A stretch of DNA of 63,817 nt, filler included, from Octopus bimaculoides (Eukaryota): the NCBI RefSeq assembly GCF_001194135.2. It is 6 parts of 5 records of this genome, joined end to end, with 100 filler letters (N's around TTAATTAATTAA, not from the genome) between each part and the next. Parts side by side here need not be neighbours in the genome. Positions count along the whole stretch, not along the records: positions 1 to 27,387 come from NC_068985.1; 5 more parts are not named here. One strand, 5' to 3'. A program made the translations under genes and the position numbers. The notes under the pieces are model-generated. The model had not been told where the DNA came from. It saw only the letters and a program-made list of their open reading frames with translations, and searched no databases. Shown piece after piece: positions 1 through 11,080 of the stretch (its first letter is position 1; the number at the start of each line of letters is the position of its first letter).

Positions 1-1661
1 ATATATATATATATATATACGTATATATATATTTATTCATACATACATATACATTTACAAGTTATTAGCACAATAGGCATTCATTTATATTGATATAGAC
101 ATGCTTCCTTCACACATACTAACAGCATTTTGGACTCTAAACGAACTACCAAATTATTAACTGGAGAAAACCTACAAGGACTTTGTAAAGGTGTAGATTT
201 TTGTCACTCATTCTCATCATATATCTCCTCGTGTATTCTTTTCTTTTCTTTTTTTTTACTCACCTCAACAATAAGGTACCTTTTACTGACATATACTACC
301 AATTCATCAAGTTATTTTTTTTTTATCACCTGATCATTCTGCATCTGTTTTCTTTTTCGTTTTTCTTGTCTAACATTTATTTAAATATTTTATAATGAAA
401 TAATTATTGAATAATTAAATAATAATTAACTGATAAAATAATTAAATAATAATTATTCGTACCACAATTTGCCTGATCTTTAATAACAATTCAGATATAT
501 GATGTTTAAAATAATTATTTATGCTACAGCTGCTGCTACTGCTGCTGCTGCTGCTGCTGGTTGGTGTTATCATCAGCATCAGCTGGTGCAGCAGTTATAT
601 TTACGGTGTGATTATCTGTAGAAATGTTATCAAAGGTGATATAATCGATAACGAACAGTCTCCACAGTGACAATATCGATACATATCTTATTATGAATAG
701 TAACTCTGTTGTCTTTATGAACTGATGCATCAGGTGAGATATCAGGTAAAATATTACGAAATAAAGTAGATATTCCTGAATTTAACTGGTGTGATCTACT
801 TAACATAATACATCCGGCACCCAATTAGCTGAGTATTTCTGGCTCATTCGCTTGTGTAGGCAAAGGTATTGAAGTATATGGAGGTGGGCTAGGATACAAA
901 AAATAAGAATGGATTGAATAGACGCGTAAAGATAACATCATATTTAGATATTGTGAGGAGCGTAGGGAATAGAATGTTGTGCAATGAGCTATGTGTAGCT
1001 GCATGTACATCAGACTCTAGTTGCATCATCCTATAACATAGCAAAACTACCACCATCCATACCGCCAAGAACATAACCATCCCTGTCACTAACACTGCCA
1101 ACAGGTCCATCGATACCAACACCATCACCATTATCATTAACTTTAGCGTCAACCCGACAACAGTCACAAACTACAGAACCAACACCCTTACGATCTCCAA
1201 TACTACAACTCTACAACTAAAACCACTACTATACCGACGCCACTACTAACACCGCTACCCACATATCCACCTTCACAAATGCTACCACCTTTACAAATAC
1301 CATAAGACTATCACCAGCACCGCCACTTTCGCCAACACTATTACCAACGATTGCTTTGTAGCTACTGACCCTCCTGGATGATAATAAAACCACGTTTAGG
1401 TGACGGAATGGCCATTATCTCAAGTAGAGAGAGGACTAAGGTAGTTTTTTTGTATCAATTTAATTAGACTATGATTCCCTTGCATATATCGTCGTTGTCT
1501 TCTATGTCTATCTCCCTGTTTTCGTTACTAATACAAGAGTTTTTTGACACACATAAATACGTATACGTATTTGTACGAAATATGCGCGCACGCGCCCCAT
1601 ACACACGCAACGTCTAATACAATTGCAGGTTGTGATCCCGTTACAAATATGGCGGGCCACA

Positions 1662-2316
1662 ATTAAAATAACGCATCTATTTTTTTTTTATTTTACATTC
1701 TTCTGAAGTCTCGGTCTTTCCTGAACAAATAGATTAAGTTTACATTAATACGCATTTGAAATTATCCATACATACTATTGATTGCCACAAAAACAAAAAA
1801 AAAATGGAATTGTTTTATTTTTTGTTCGTGTGTTTTCTGCTAATTTATCTCGACAGAAATGTCGGGGCAGATAATAAGAGAAAATGCTCTCTCAAAGAGT
1901 GTGAGGCTTTGGAGACTAACTAGACTCCAAAACAAGCCACCGAAGGCTTTGCGACAGTCGCCGCCGTACAGATGGAAAGTCTGGATATGGGGGAACTCCA
2001 GGAAATGTTTAAAAGAATGACAGAGGGGGAGTGGGAAGGAAAGATGTCACCTCCCTTCGACACAACAGAAGAGATAAAAGAAAACAATTATATTCAAAAC
2101 TTTCTGCCCAGAAAAAAAAAAATATGAAACATATGGTACAGAAAAAATTGAAAAATGCCTGGCAAACATATGGAAATATATTAGCTATATTAAAATAACG
2201 CATCTATTTTTTTTTTATTTTACATTCTTCTGAAGTCTCGGTCTTTCCTGAACAAATAGATTAAGTTTACATTAATACGCATTTGAAATTATCCATACAT
2301 ACTATTGATTGCCACA
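1662..2316. repeat. Identical 128-bp direct repeat (1662-1789 and 2189-2316) flanking a 399-bp insert
   Basis: attaaaataacgcatctat...ctattgattgccaca occurs twice, identical as read including the 10-T run. Confidence 0.95.
1930..2188 (+). pseudogene. Possible N-terminal fragment of a LINE (Tx1-like) ORF1, frameshifted
   Basis: Reads ATEGFATVAAVQMESLDMGELQEMFKRMTEGEWEGKMSPPFDTTEEIKENNYIQNFLPRKKK, then shifts frame in an A-run to KHMVQKKLKNAWQTY. The composition is coding-like; the family assignment is tentative. Confidence 0.3.
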
Positions 2317-2373
2317 GCATGCACCAGCATGACCGCAGCCACTTGGCTGAAACACATAAATAAATAAAATATA
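2317..2373 (+). mobile_element. SINE 3' tail fragment
   Basis: ccagcatgaccgcagccacttggctgaaacacataaataaa resembles the tail ccagcatggccgcagtcaaatgactgaaacaagtaaaagaataaaag seen at about 40470, 51600 and 60780. Confidence 0.7.
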
Positions 2374-2773
2374 ACAAGAGGGAGGAAATTTGGCAAATAG
2401 TAGCCAGATTGAGAATAACAGAGATGGCTCGCGAGCAATCTCTCAACCTGTTGAAGACAAAAGAAAACCTATAGTGAGCTGTAGAGGTTCAGCATGTCAT
2501 CCACTGAGCCGCTTCTTCGTGGATATAATCAGTCCATTAGCAGGAAAGTCAACATCATACGTGAAGAATTCCATCCACTTCACAGAATTGATCAAGGATA
2601 CCCCCATTGAATCCAACCTCCTAAGCAGACCGAGCGCAGATATGAATAGCATATAGGAACCGGAATTGAGGAAGGATAGAAAAATAATAGATTTATAAGC
2701 CTTAAAATTCACCCCATAATAATATAATAATAATAATAATAATAGTACCATCCTTAGGAATGAGAACCCAGGT

Positions 2774-2846
<73 letters not shown>

Positions 2847-2890
2847 GTAACATCGTTAGGAATGAGAATCCAAGTTCGAAATTTCCCCAA

Positions 2891-2936
2891 GACACCTGAC
2901 GAAGGCTGGAGGGTATATCAGCCGAAACGTTGTGCT
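2891..2936 (+). ncRNA. Minimal type I hammerhead ribozyme (PLE pLTR), copy 1
   Basis: Stem I GACAC/GUGCU (one mismatch), core CUGACGA plus an extra A, stem II GGCUG/CAGCC, GAAA, palindromic AACGUU stem III, predicted cleavage after GUU at 2931. Confidence 0.75.
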
Positions 2937-3243
2937 AACAAGAAACAAGATGAGGACAAATATCCGTCAAATGTAAATACGAAAACTAAAAGAAGCAGCA
3001 TATATGCTAGAACACAACAACCTCCTAAGCAGACCGAGTGCAGATATGAATAGCATATGGGAACCGGTATTGAGGAAGGATAGAAAAATAATAATGACAT
3101 CAGGGCAGTATTCAAGAGCAATACAACNNNNNNNNNNNNNNNNNNNNNNNNNNNNNNNNNNNNNNNNNNNNNNNNNNNNNNNNNNNNNNNNNNNNNNNNN
3201 NNNNNNNNNNNNNNNNNNNNNNNNNNNNNNNNNNNNNCCAGGT

Positions 3244-3316
<73 letters not shown>

Positions 3317-3360
3317 GTAACATCGTTAGGAATGAGAATCCAAGTTCGAAATTTCCCCAA

Positions 3361-3406
3361 GACACCTGACGAAGGCTGGAGGGTATATCAGCCGAAACGT
3401 TGTGCT
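3361..3406 (+). ncRNA. Minimal type I hammerhead ribozyme (PLE pLTR), copy 2
   Basis: Identical to 2891-2936. Confidence 0.72.
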
Positions 3407-3594
3407 AACAAGAAACAAGATGAGGACAAATATCCGTCAAATGTAAATACGAAAACTAAAAGAAGCAGCATATATGCTAGAACACAACAACCTCCTAAGC
3501 AGACCGAGTGCAGATATGAATAGCATATGGGAACCGGTATTGAGGAAGGATAGAAAAATAATAGATTTATAAGCCTTAAAATTCACCCCATAAT

Positions 3595-3656
3595 TGCCCA
3601 CGGGCATATGGCGTAGTGGTTAAGAGCGCGGGCTACTAACCCCAAGGTTCCGAGTT
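3595..3656 (+). mobile_element. tRNA-derived SINE head, truncated
   Basis: A-box tggcgtagtggt, tRNA-like stems and the start of a B-box ggttccgagtt; no complete tRNA cloverleaf. Confidence 0.7.
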
Positions 3657-4147
3657 AATAATAATCAGACAAATATCCGTCAAATGTAAATACGAAAACT
3701 AAAAGAAGCAGCATATATGCTAGAACACAACAACCTCCTAAGCAGACCGAGTGCAGATATGAATAGCATATGGGAACCGGTATTGAGGAAGGATAGAAAA
3801 ATAATAATGACATCAGGGCAGTATTCAAGAGCAATACAATACTTCGCAAATATCTCCTTCGGGTAAAACCACCAACAGAAGAGAATATACCCTCCTGACG
3901 AAGGCTGGAGGGTATATCACCATGGAGGCGGTCGAGGTGAAGTGCACTCTTGTTCGAGGCCAGACCAAAAGAACGTTGACACAATCCCCGTCCACATACC
4001 CTACAAAAACGGAAAATACAGCAACTCAAATATTAAAAAGACCGCCCAACTGTCCCAGAAACGTTGTGTTAACAACAAACAAGATGAGGACAAATATCCG
4101 TCAAATGTAAATAATATAAATAATGTAAAATTAATATACTACAAGTA

Positions 4148-4960
4148 ACACGCTCTGTCACCCCACCATTGGCTCTGGCAGAACATCGCGGTCCTCATTC
4201 AAGCAGCACCAAAAGACATAGATAGGATTCCCGACAGAGTGCTCGTGGACGAGGACTTGGTCTTCATGTGGAGGACAAAATCCCAGATGTTTTAAATGTG
4301 GCCGAAAAGGCTACATAAGGGTTGACTGCATCGCAGGAAAAAAAGGAAGAGAATGTAAAGGCCCAAACTTCTGTGAATACACATACACCTGACTCATCAC
4401 AAACCAAAAAAACTGCTCCAGCCCCTAACTAGCAAAGACTCCCACTCCCCCAACTGTGGTGCTCACACAAGTCCCCAAACAAGTATTCCAAAAGCTCCAA
4501 CCGACGCACACACCAGTCCAGGCAACAAAAATACCCAACCACTCAATGTCGACGGCACCTAACGAGGTGAAGTGCACTCTTGTTCGAGGCCCGACCAAAA
4601 GAACGTTGACACATTCCCCGTCCACATACCCTACAAAAACGGAAAATACAGCAACCCAAATATTAAAAAGACCGCCCAACTGTCCCAGAAAAACCAGGCG
4701 AAAGACGAATTTTGTTCGAGTTCGACCCAAAGGAAAAATACACATATGATGTTATAGCAGCACACCACACTACTACATTATTTCCAAAGCACAAGGACTA
4801 TCCTAGACAATGTGCCTGGATAGGCGAAATATTATTTAAACAGCTGAAGGGGAGGCATCCAGAAGTCATCTTTAGGTTAAAAGACATTCCAAAATACCTC
4901 AGGGAAGAGGAGAAAAGAGGGGCCCCCTCACGAGCCCTGAGGTCGGCCCCCACATCACTA
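4148..4960 (+). pseudogene. Degenerate retrotransposon ORF1/gag-like region with zinc knuckle
   Basis: GQNPRCFKCGRKGYIRVDC (CX2CX4HX4C with H to Y, about 4275-4330), followed by a Pro/Thr/Lys-rich segment. Frameshifts present. 4563-4691 is duplicated at about 3935-4060. Confidence 0.6.
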
Positions 4961-4999
4961 TTGAAAAGTAAGTATATATATACATGTGTGTGTGTGTAT

Positions 5000-5175
5000 G
5001 TGTTTGTCCCCTATCACCGCTTTACAATCGGTGTTGGTGTGTTTACGTCGCCGTAACGTAGCGGTTGAGCAAAAGACATCGAGAAAATAACTACTAGGCT
5101 TACCACCCCCCTCGGATCGATTTTTCAGACTAAAACGCTTCAAAATGCTCCAGTCAAATGACTGAAACAAATAAA
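5000..5175 (+). mobile_element. SINE 3' half
   Basis: tgtttgtcccc...cggtgttggtgtgtttacgtc...gtaac...tgctccag..caaatgactgaaac; paralogues at about 21300 and 51450. Confidence 0.75.
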
Positions 5176-5422
5176 AGAATATATATATATGCATGGACGT
5201 ATTACAAAAATACAACACAAACCTCAAGTTATAAAAACGATAAACAACGTTGATATTTAGTTGACACTGAGGAATGAGAAACAAGAAGTGTCTTTTACCT
5301 TTCAAGTATTCACCATTTTTTCTTTGTTTTTCTTTTTTTTTTTTGAAAGATTGGGTGAAGAAGGAAGACGGTGAAATAGAAACGTACGTGTATCGAACCT
5401 TTACATAAATACATCTGTGAGT

Positions 5423-5456
<34 letters not shown>

Positions 5457-6839
5457 ACTATCACATATAGAAAAGTTAACAATTAAAATCACAATAAATG
5501 AGTATAATATAAAGCAAAGTAAATATAAGATAAATATAATAAAATGATTACACGNNNNNNNNNNNNNNNNNNNNNNNNNNNNNNNNNNNNNNNNNNNNNN
5601 NNNNNNNNNNNNNNNNNNNNNNNNNNNNNNNNNNNNNNNNNNNNNNNNNNNNNNNNNNNNNNNNNNNNNNNNNNNNNNNNNNNNNNNNNNNNNNNNNNNN
5701 NNNNNNNNNNNNNNNNNNNNNNNNNNNNNNNNNNNNNNNNNNNNNNNNNNNNNNNNNNNNNNNNNNNNNNNNNNNNNNNNNNNNNNNNNNNNNNNNNNNN
5801 NNNNNNNNNNNNNNNNNNNNNNNNNNNNNNNNNNNNNNNNNNNNNNNNNNNNNNNNNNNNNNNNNNNNNNNNNNNNNNNNNNNNNNNNNNNNNNNNNNNN
5901 NNNNNNNNNNNNNNNNNNNNNNNNNNNNNNNNNNNNNNNNNNNNNNNNNNNNNNNNNNNNNNNNNNNNNNNNNNNNNNNNNNNNNNNNNNNNNNNNNNNN
6001 NNNNNNNNNNNNNNNNNNNNNNNNNNNNNNNNNNNNNNNNNNNNNNNNNNNNNNNNNNNNNNNNNNNNNNNNNNNNNNNNNNNNNNNNNNNNNNNNNNNN
6101 NNNNNNNNNNNNNNNNNNNNNNNNNNNNNNNNNNNNNNNNNNNNNNNNTATAAACAGAAAGAGCTTTAAATGATCCGGATATGTTATAATTTGAGCAGAT
6201 GTATATCAATTTACGATCGCAATTACTCGTTGATGAATGCAATTTGATGGCTATCAATATTAAATTGCATCATTTCCAATATCGTTTTCTTCCTCAAGTG
6301 TGGGGGCTAGTAGAATTTGCGGGTGCTATATTAGGGGGAAAACAGTAGGTGATTAATCAATTGAAATTCTACATCTCAAATGCTATCTTGTGCAAGAAAG
6401 CTCTTGTCAGCTAAATAATTGCCATTCAAATATAGAACGTCTACATATTTTTGTCTTTCTCACGTAAGTGAACCATCAAGCTTGCATACTAAGTATCAGT
6501 GACAGTTCTAATAGGAATTCCACACATAATATTTATTTCCGATGACAGAATGCTGAAACTATAATCTTATAACCAGATCTTGGCATTTCTGATAATTTTG
6601 TTCGTTTGCCCTTCCCAGCAGACACTCCCGAGTGAATCAAAACAATGCTTTAATCTCGGGTAGCTTCAGCAAAGGGCCTGCTAGATGGTCATTTGATATG
6701 GCAGAAATAACAGTCGAATTTTAATTATATCATACATCATATAATGCCAGATCGTTTAAATTATTGAAAAACGCACTAGATATTGTAGTCCTATAAATAT
6801 TCTTTTCTAGTCTGAAACAAGGCCTGAATTTTTTAGGAA

Positions 6840-6912
6840 GGGAGCCAGTCAATTAGATCGGCCTCAGTACGCAACTGGTACTTAATTTATTGACCCCAAA
6901 AGGATGAAAGAG
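6840..6912 (-). mobile_element. MetaSINE-like fragment
   Basis: The reverse complement matches the ctttcatcctttcggggtcgataaattaagtaccag core seen at about 11890, 39990 and 43850. Confidence 0.7.
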
Positions 6913-7344
6913 GATCTTTTCCATCTCAAACATATTTTTTTACTTAATTTTTTTAGAAAATTACTATTTGTAAATCTCACAACGAGAGATATTCAGCAAC
7001 AGTACTTTGGAGTAAACATTGTTTGCCAACATAACATGGCAGTCTTGGTTTAGGACGAATGCTGCTGTAATTTAGCCCCACGAAACATCGTCTCCATCTG
7101 TGTCCTTATATTTTCGAACAAGGGAATCTCGCACCGCACTCAGCTCAAAACAATATCTGTGAATCGCGATTTCCGGGTTATTTCCCTTCATCTGCACAGA
7201 ATAATTGTTCGACTAGAGGTGAATTTTTTATTAGGATAATTAATATCGTACAGAGATGGGGCAACACAGGACAATACAAGCAATTATTGTTATTATTAAC
7301 GTTGATACATAGTTTTTAAACATATTGATTGATATATAATTAAA

Positions 7345-9262
7345 ATTTGACTTTTTGAGGGTGGGGGCTAATGCTGATGGGCTGAAAAGCCCAGTGACTA
7401 TACCTTTTCCTTTTCCCATGCGGATTAAGCAGGGTCACTTGCACCCACCTTTCTTATCACACCCTTCCATCTTTTCTCGAACACACCTCGCGACAGGCAT
7501 CTCCTCTCCAGCCCTATCTTGCTCTTCAGATGATATCTGAAGTATGTCAGCAAACCAGGACCTGAGATGAATGATCCCGTCATGAGTACTTGCAATCTGG
7601 TCTTCCACACACACCCTTTCAACACTGCAACTGAACAGAGAAAACATGCCTCACTTTCCTTTGAGAATCCGGTTGGCGGCACAATCTTTATTATAGACTT
7701 AGCTGATAGCTGTGCTCTTCTTAGGTGTGATAACATGTGTTCAACGTAAATTATCAAGCTTGAAAGCTTCCGGCACTGTAGAAAAGCGTGCTGGACGGTT
7801 TCATCGTTCAGCCCACATCTTGGACATGCCGTTGGCACTGACATTCCGTGCCTGGGTAATTTATCGAGAACAAGTAAAGCGTTCTTGTAACACTGCCAGG
7901 TCAGGGATTTTTGGTAATTATCCAAATACCCCGGCTGAAAGTTTTTTGTAACAGGCTGGCAAGTTGGTTCTCGTCAAACTCTAGAGCCCCTCCTGGGACG
8001 TCATCATTTTAAACTCTACCAGCATTTTATACAAAACCGATGTGGTATTCCCACTGCCGGCCTTGCCCGTCTCATGGATTAGGACGAGTACCTGTCGACA
8101 CTCCTTTTGCCATTCTGTCAGATTACGTCTCTTAATAAAACTAGGTTTGAATCTCTCCAAAGAGGCTGGTCGCGGAAAGAATTCCTCCGCCAGCGGATTC
8201 CACACCTTGTTACCCTCCAGGTAGCGCCAGAGATGTCTCAACCTCAACGCATGTCAGCGCATCATTAATCAGGGCATCCCCAACCCACCCTTTAACAGTT
8301 CCTGGCAGCTGACGGAGTGCTTCACAAGTGGCTTTCCTCCCTTCCACAATAAACGGAAGAGGAGGCGCTCCAACTTGTTTAGCCACGAATCGGGGCAAGG
8401 GACAACGGTTAGGCGGTAGGTGATTGCTAAGACCCCCTTCGGTCATGACTGACCATGGGATTGCACCTAGAAAATTGCCTTCCCAGGCACAAGTCCAGGA
8501 AAGGTTGTTTATGGAAGACCAGCATACCGCCCATGCATACCGCCCATGCATACCGGCCTCCCCTCTCCACTCCACCAGTGTTATCCAAGGGAAAGTCAAA
8601 GCCTGATGCAGCATGGCACTTGTGACGTCGCAACGCATTTCTACAGCTGAGTGAACTGCAGCAACGTGAAATAAAGTGTCTTGCTCAAGAACACAACACG
8701 CAGCCCGGTCCGGGATTCGAACTCACAACCCCACGATCGTAATTTTGACGCTCTAACCACTGAGCCATGCGCCTTCACGGTAGGTGATTACAGATGCAAT
8801 AAACACTTGTACCACCTCCGCCCTTCCTTTCAGGGACAGAGCCCGTCCGGACCAAGTCCGGCCTAGGGCCTCCACCCTGTCTGTCACCTCGCTCCAATTC
8901 TTCTCCGTCTGGGAGTCCAGACCAAACCAAATTCCAAGTAACTTAACAGAACCATCTGTCCAGTGACCCACGACATTGGACGATATCGACTTGCTCCTCG
9001 AAGTGCCGGGCGCAAGCCGATGGCCTTGTCCTTGTTAACTTTTGTCCCTGCCACCGCATCGTATCCTTTGATAGCGTCCTCTACACAAGGTAGCTGAACC
9101 TCAATGGATACAATGATGGTGACGTCATCCGCATTAGCAGAGACCGACTTACCACATCTGATTTCGTAGGGGGCGCCCCCAATTCTCCAACTTCTGCAGT
9201 AATGGCTCAAGAGCCAACAGATACAGAAGCGGAGACAGGGGACACCTTTCACGAACTGAGTG
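7345..9262 (-). mobile_element. Tx1/L1-like LINE ORF2, 5'-truncated (RT domains to C-terminal zinc finger), degenerate
   Basis: SVRERCPLSPLLYLLALEPLL (RT domain 4), SANADDVTI (YADD-like), KLLGIWFG, PCPDSWLNKLERLLF..WKG, GGLGMP and CPRCGLNDETVQHAFLQC. Contains stops and frameshifts, and is interrupted by a SINE. Confidence 0.9.
8426..8777 (-). mobile_element. Full-length tRNA-derived CORE-like SINE inserted in the Tx1-like ORF2, 12-bp TSD
   Basis: Head ggcgcatggctcagtggttagagcg...gagttcgaatccc and CORE-like gtgttcttgagcaagacacttt. Flanked by cggtaggtgatt at 8414-8425 and 8778-8789; removing the insert restores ITYRLTVVPCP. Confidence 0.9.
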
Positions 9263-9271
9263 CTTGTATGG

Positions 9272-9280
9272 GAGTATGTT

Positions 9281-9358
<78 letters not shown>

Positions 9359-10273
9359 TGTGTGTGTTTGTGTGTGTGTGACAAACGTACAAGCACATGC
9401 ATACCGACACATACATTCACGCACACTCATAACATAATCAAGTACGCACGTGCCCACACGTATTCACGCACACACACACAAACATACATACACAGGCACC
9501 ACAAACACTATTTTCAGTGAAAAATGTTTCGTTCAAAAATATAGAGAGAGAACATTATGAAAATATAAATATCAGTCTACCACAGTGCTTTGCAACAACG
9601 TTTCATTTGCAGTACACATATATTCTTTCCAAAATTCGGCGGCATCCCTGTAATAAAAATATAACTAAAAGTAAAGGGGAAAACTTATATTCAGGTTACA
9701 CTGTAGCACACCTAACATCAATTCGTGATACACCAGAGTACCACGGCACACCGGTTTCGGAGCACTGGTCTACCGCGTGTCTATCGAGATTACTTGGACT
9801 TTTGTATGTCAAGAGATCAAGGACTTACAAGTCCAGGTTTAACCCAGTTTCTGTAGCTGAGAAGTAACAATATCTTCACTTCATGGAGTTTTCATGATTT
9901 CACCTCCAGTCTGTCACATTCTTGTATTTATTAAATCAGGAACAAATAATGTTAAATACAGCAACGACTACTGAATTGATAACATGTTTAGGAAACAAAA
10001 AAAATGAATAAAACAAACTGAAACATCCTTCACTGAAAATAGTGTTTGTGGTGCCTGTGTATGTATGTTTGTGTGTCTGTGTGTGTGTGTATCTGTGTAT
10101 CTGTGAGTGTATGTGTGTGCGTGCGTGAATATGTGTGGGCACGTGCGTACTTCATTATGTTATGAGTGTGCGTGAATGTATGTGTCGGTATGCATGTGCT
10201 TGTATGTTTGTCACACACACACAAACACACACACAAACACACATACACACACACACATGTATATATATATATA
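9272..10273. repeat. Diverged inverted duplication, arms about 9272-9530 and 10020-10273
   Basis: The non-microsatellite core (gcacatgcataccgacacatacattcacgcacactcataacataat...caggcaccacaaacactattttcagtgaa) is present in reverse complement, with several substitutions and an indel. Confidence 0.9.
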
Positions 10274-11080
10274 NNNNNNNNNNNNNNNNNNNNNNNNNNN
10301 NNNNNNNNNNNNNNNNNNNNNNNNNNNNNNNNNNNNNNNNNNNNNNNNNNNNNNNNNNNNNNNNNNNNNNNNNNNNNNNNNNNNNNNNNNNNNNNNNNNN
10401 NNNNNNNNNNNNNNNNNNNNNNNNNNNNNNNNNNNNNNNNNNNNNNNNNNNNNNNNNNNNNNNNNNNNNNNNNNNNNNNNNNNNNNNNNNNNNNNNNNNN
10501 NNNNNNNNNNNNNNNNNNNNNNNNNNNNNNNNNATATACATATATATATATATATAATTAAAACTTGTTTTTATTTAACTAGCCTTTTCGCAGATCGAGG
10601 GTTTCAGTAAAATACTGAAGTTAATCTAATAACCAGCAGATTTTTTTTTTCTCCAAAAATATGACCGTAAACCAAAGAAATAATTTCATATTCGCATTGT
10701 CGCCACATTGCTGCAATAACTTACTTTAAGCAGTCTTCAGCACTTAAATTCTAGTGTAAAGCCAGTTGTTTTTAAGCCAACGTATTTAGATATTTCAATG
10801 GTGCAAAACAATTTTCTTAAACACCTTACAGGCACGTAAAATGTAGGAACTCTGCTTGGTATTTCGTCATTATGAACGATATTCTAAAGCTAGTGTTCTG
10901 TGAGATAAACTTACTTAGAAATTATTTACTTGGGATGATGATGACTGAATGTATGTATATAAGTATGTATGTTTGTTTATCTGTATGTATGTTCATGTAT
11001 GGATATGTATAAGCGGAAATGGTTGTGCTACGTGCGTAACAATATTACCGTATTGGCTGCGGCACTTAATATTATTCTTG

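Larger units (their letters stand above)
2376..4130 (+). mobile_element. Penelope-like element (PLE): rearranged tandem array of RT fragment, ORF C-terminus and pLTRs
   Basis: RT N-terminal motif KPIVSCRGSACHPLSRFFVDIISPLAGKSTSYVKNS (about 2460-2617). ORF C-terminus RKLKEAAYMLEHNNLLSRPSADMNSIWEPVLRKDRK repeated at about 2618 (partial), 2978, 3458 and 3691. Linker DIRAVFKSNTILRKYLLRVKPPTEENI (about 3808-3888). (AAT)n tracts and hammerhead motifs in the repeated unit. Confidence 0.85.

Noticed and set aside
1000-1350. Thr-rich mucin-like stretch (also about 52960-53430 and 61745-61850)
   Set aside because: Decayed ACC/ACT/ATC trinucleotide sequence with stops in the candidate frames.
1805-1924. 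Secreted micropeptide (MELFYFLFVCFLLIYLDRNVGA...)
   Set aside because: Only 39 codons, and the hydrophobicity follows from T-rich sequence. There is no expression or homology evidence, so it is noted only within the direct-repeat finding.
3595-3656. tRNA gene
   Set aside because: Truncated within the T-arm with no acceptor-stem 3' half. The tRNA-like heads throughout the window continue into SINE bodies.
5310-6257. Long ORFs of 200-400 aa in the ORF track (also about 12.7k, 25.5k, 38.8k, 50.6k, 56.7k, 61k)
   Set aside because: They are open only because they run through N gaps.
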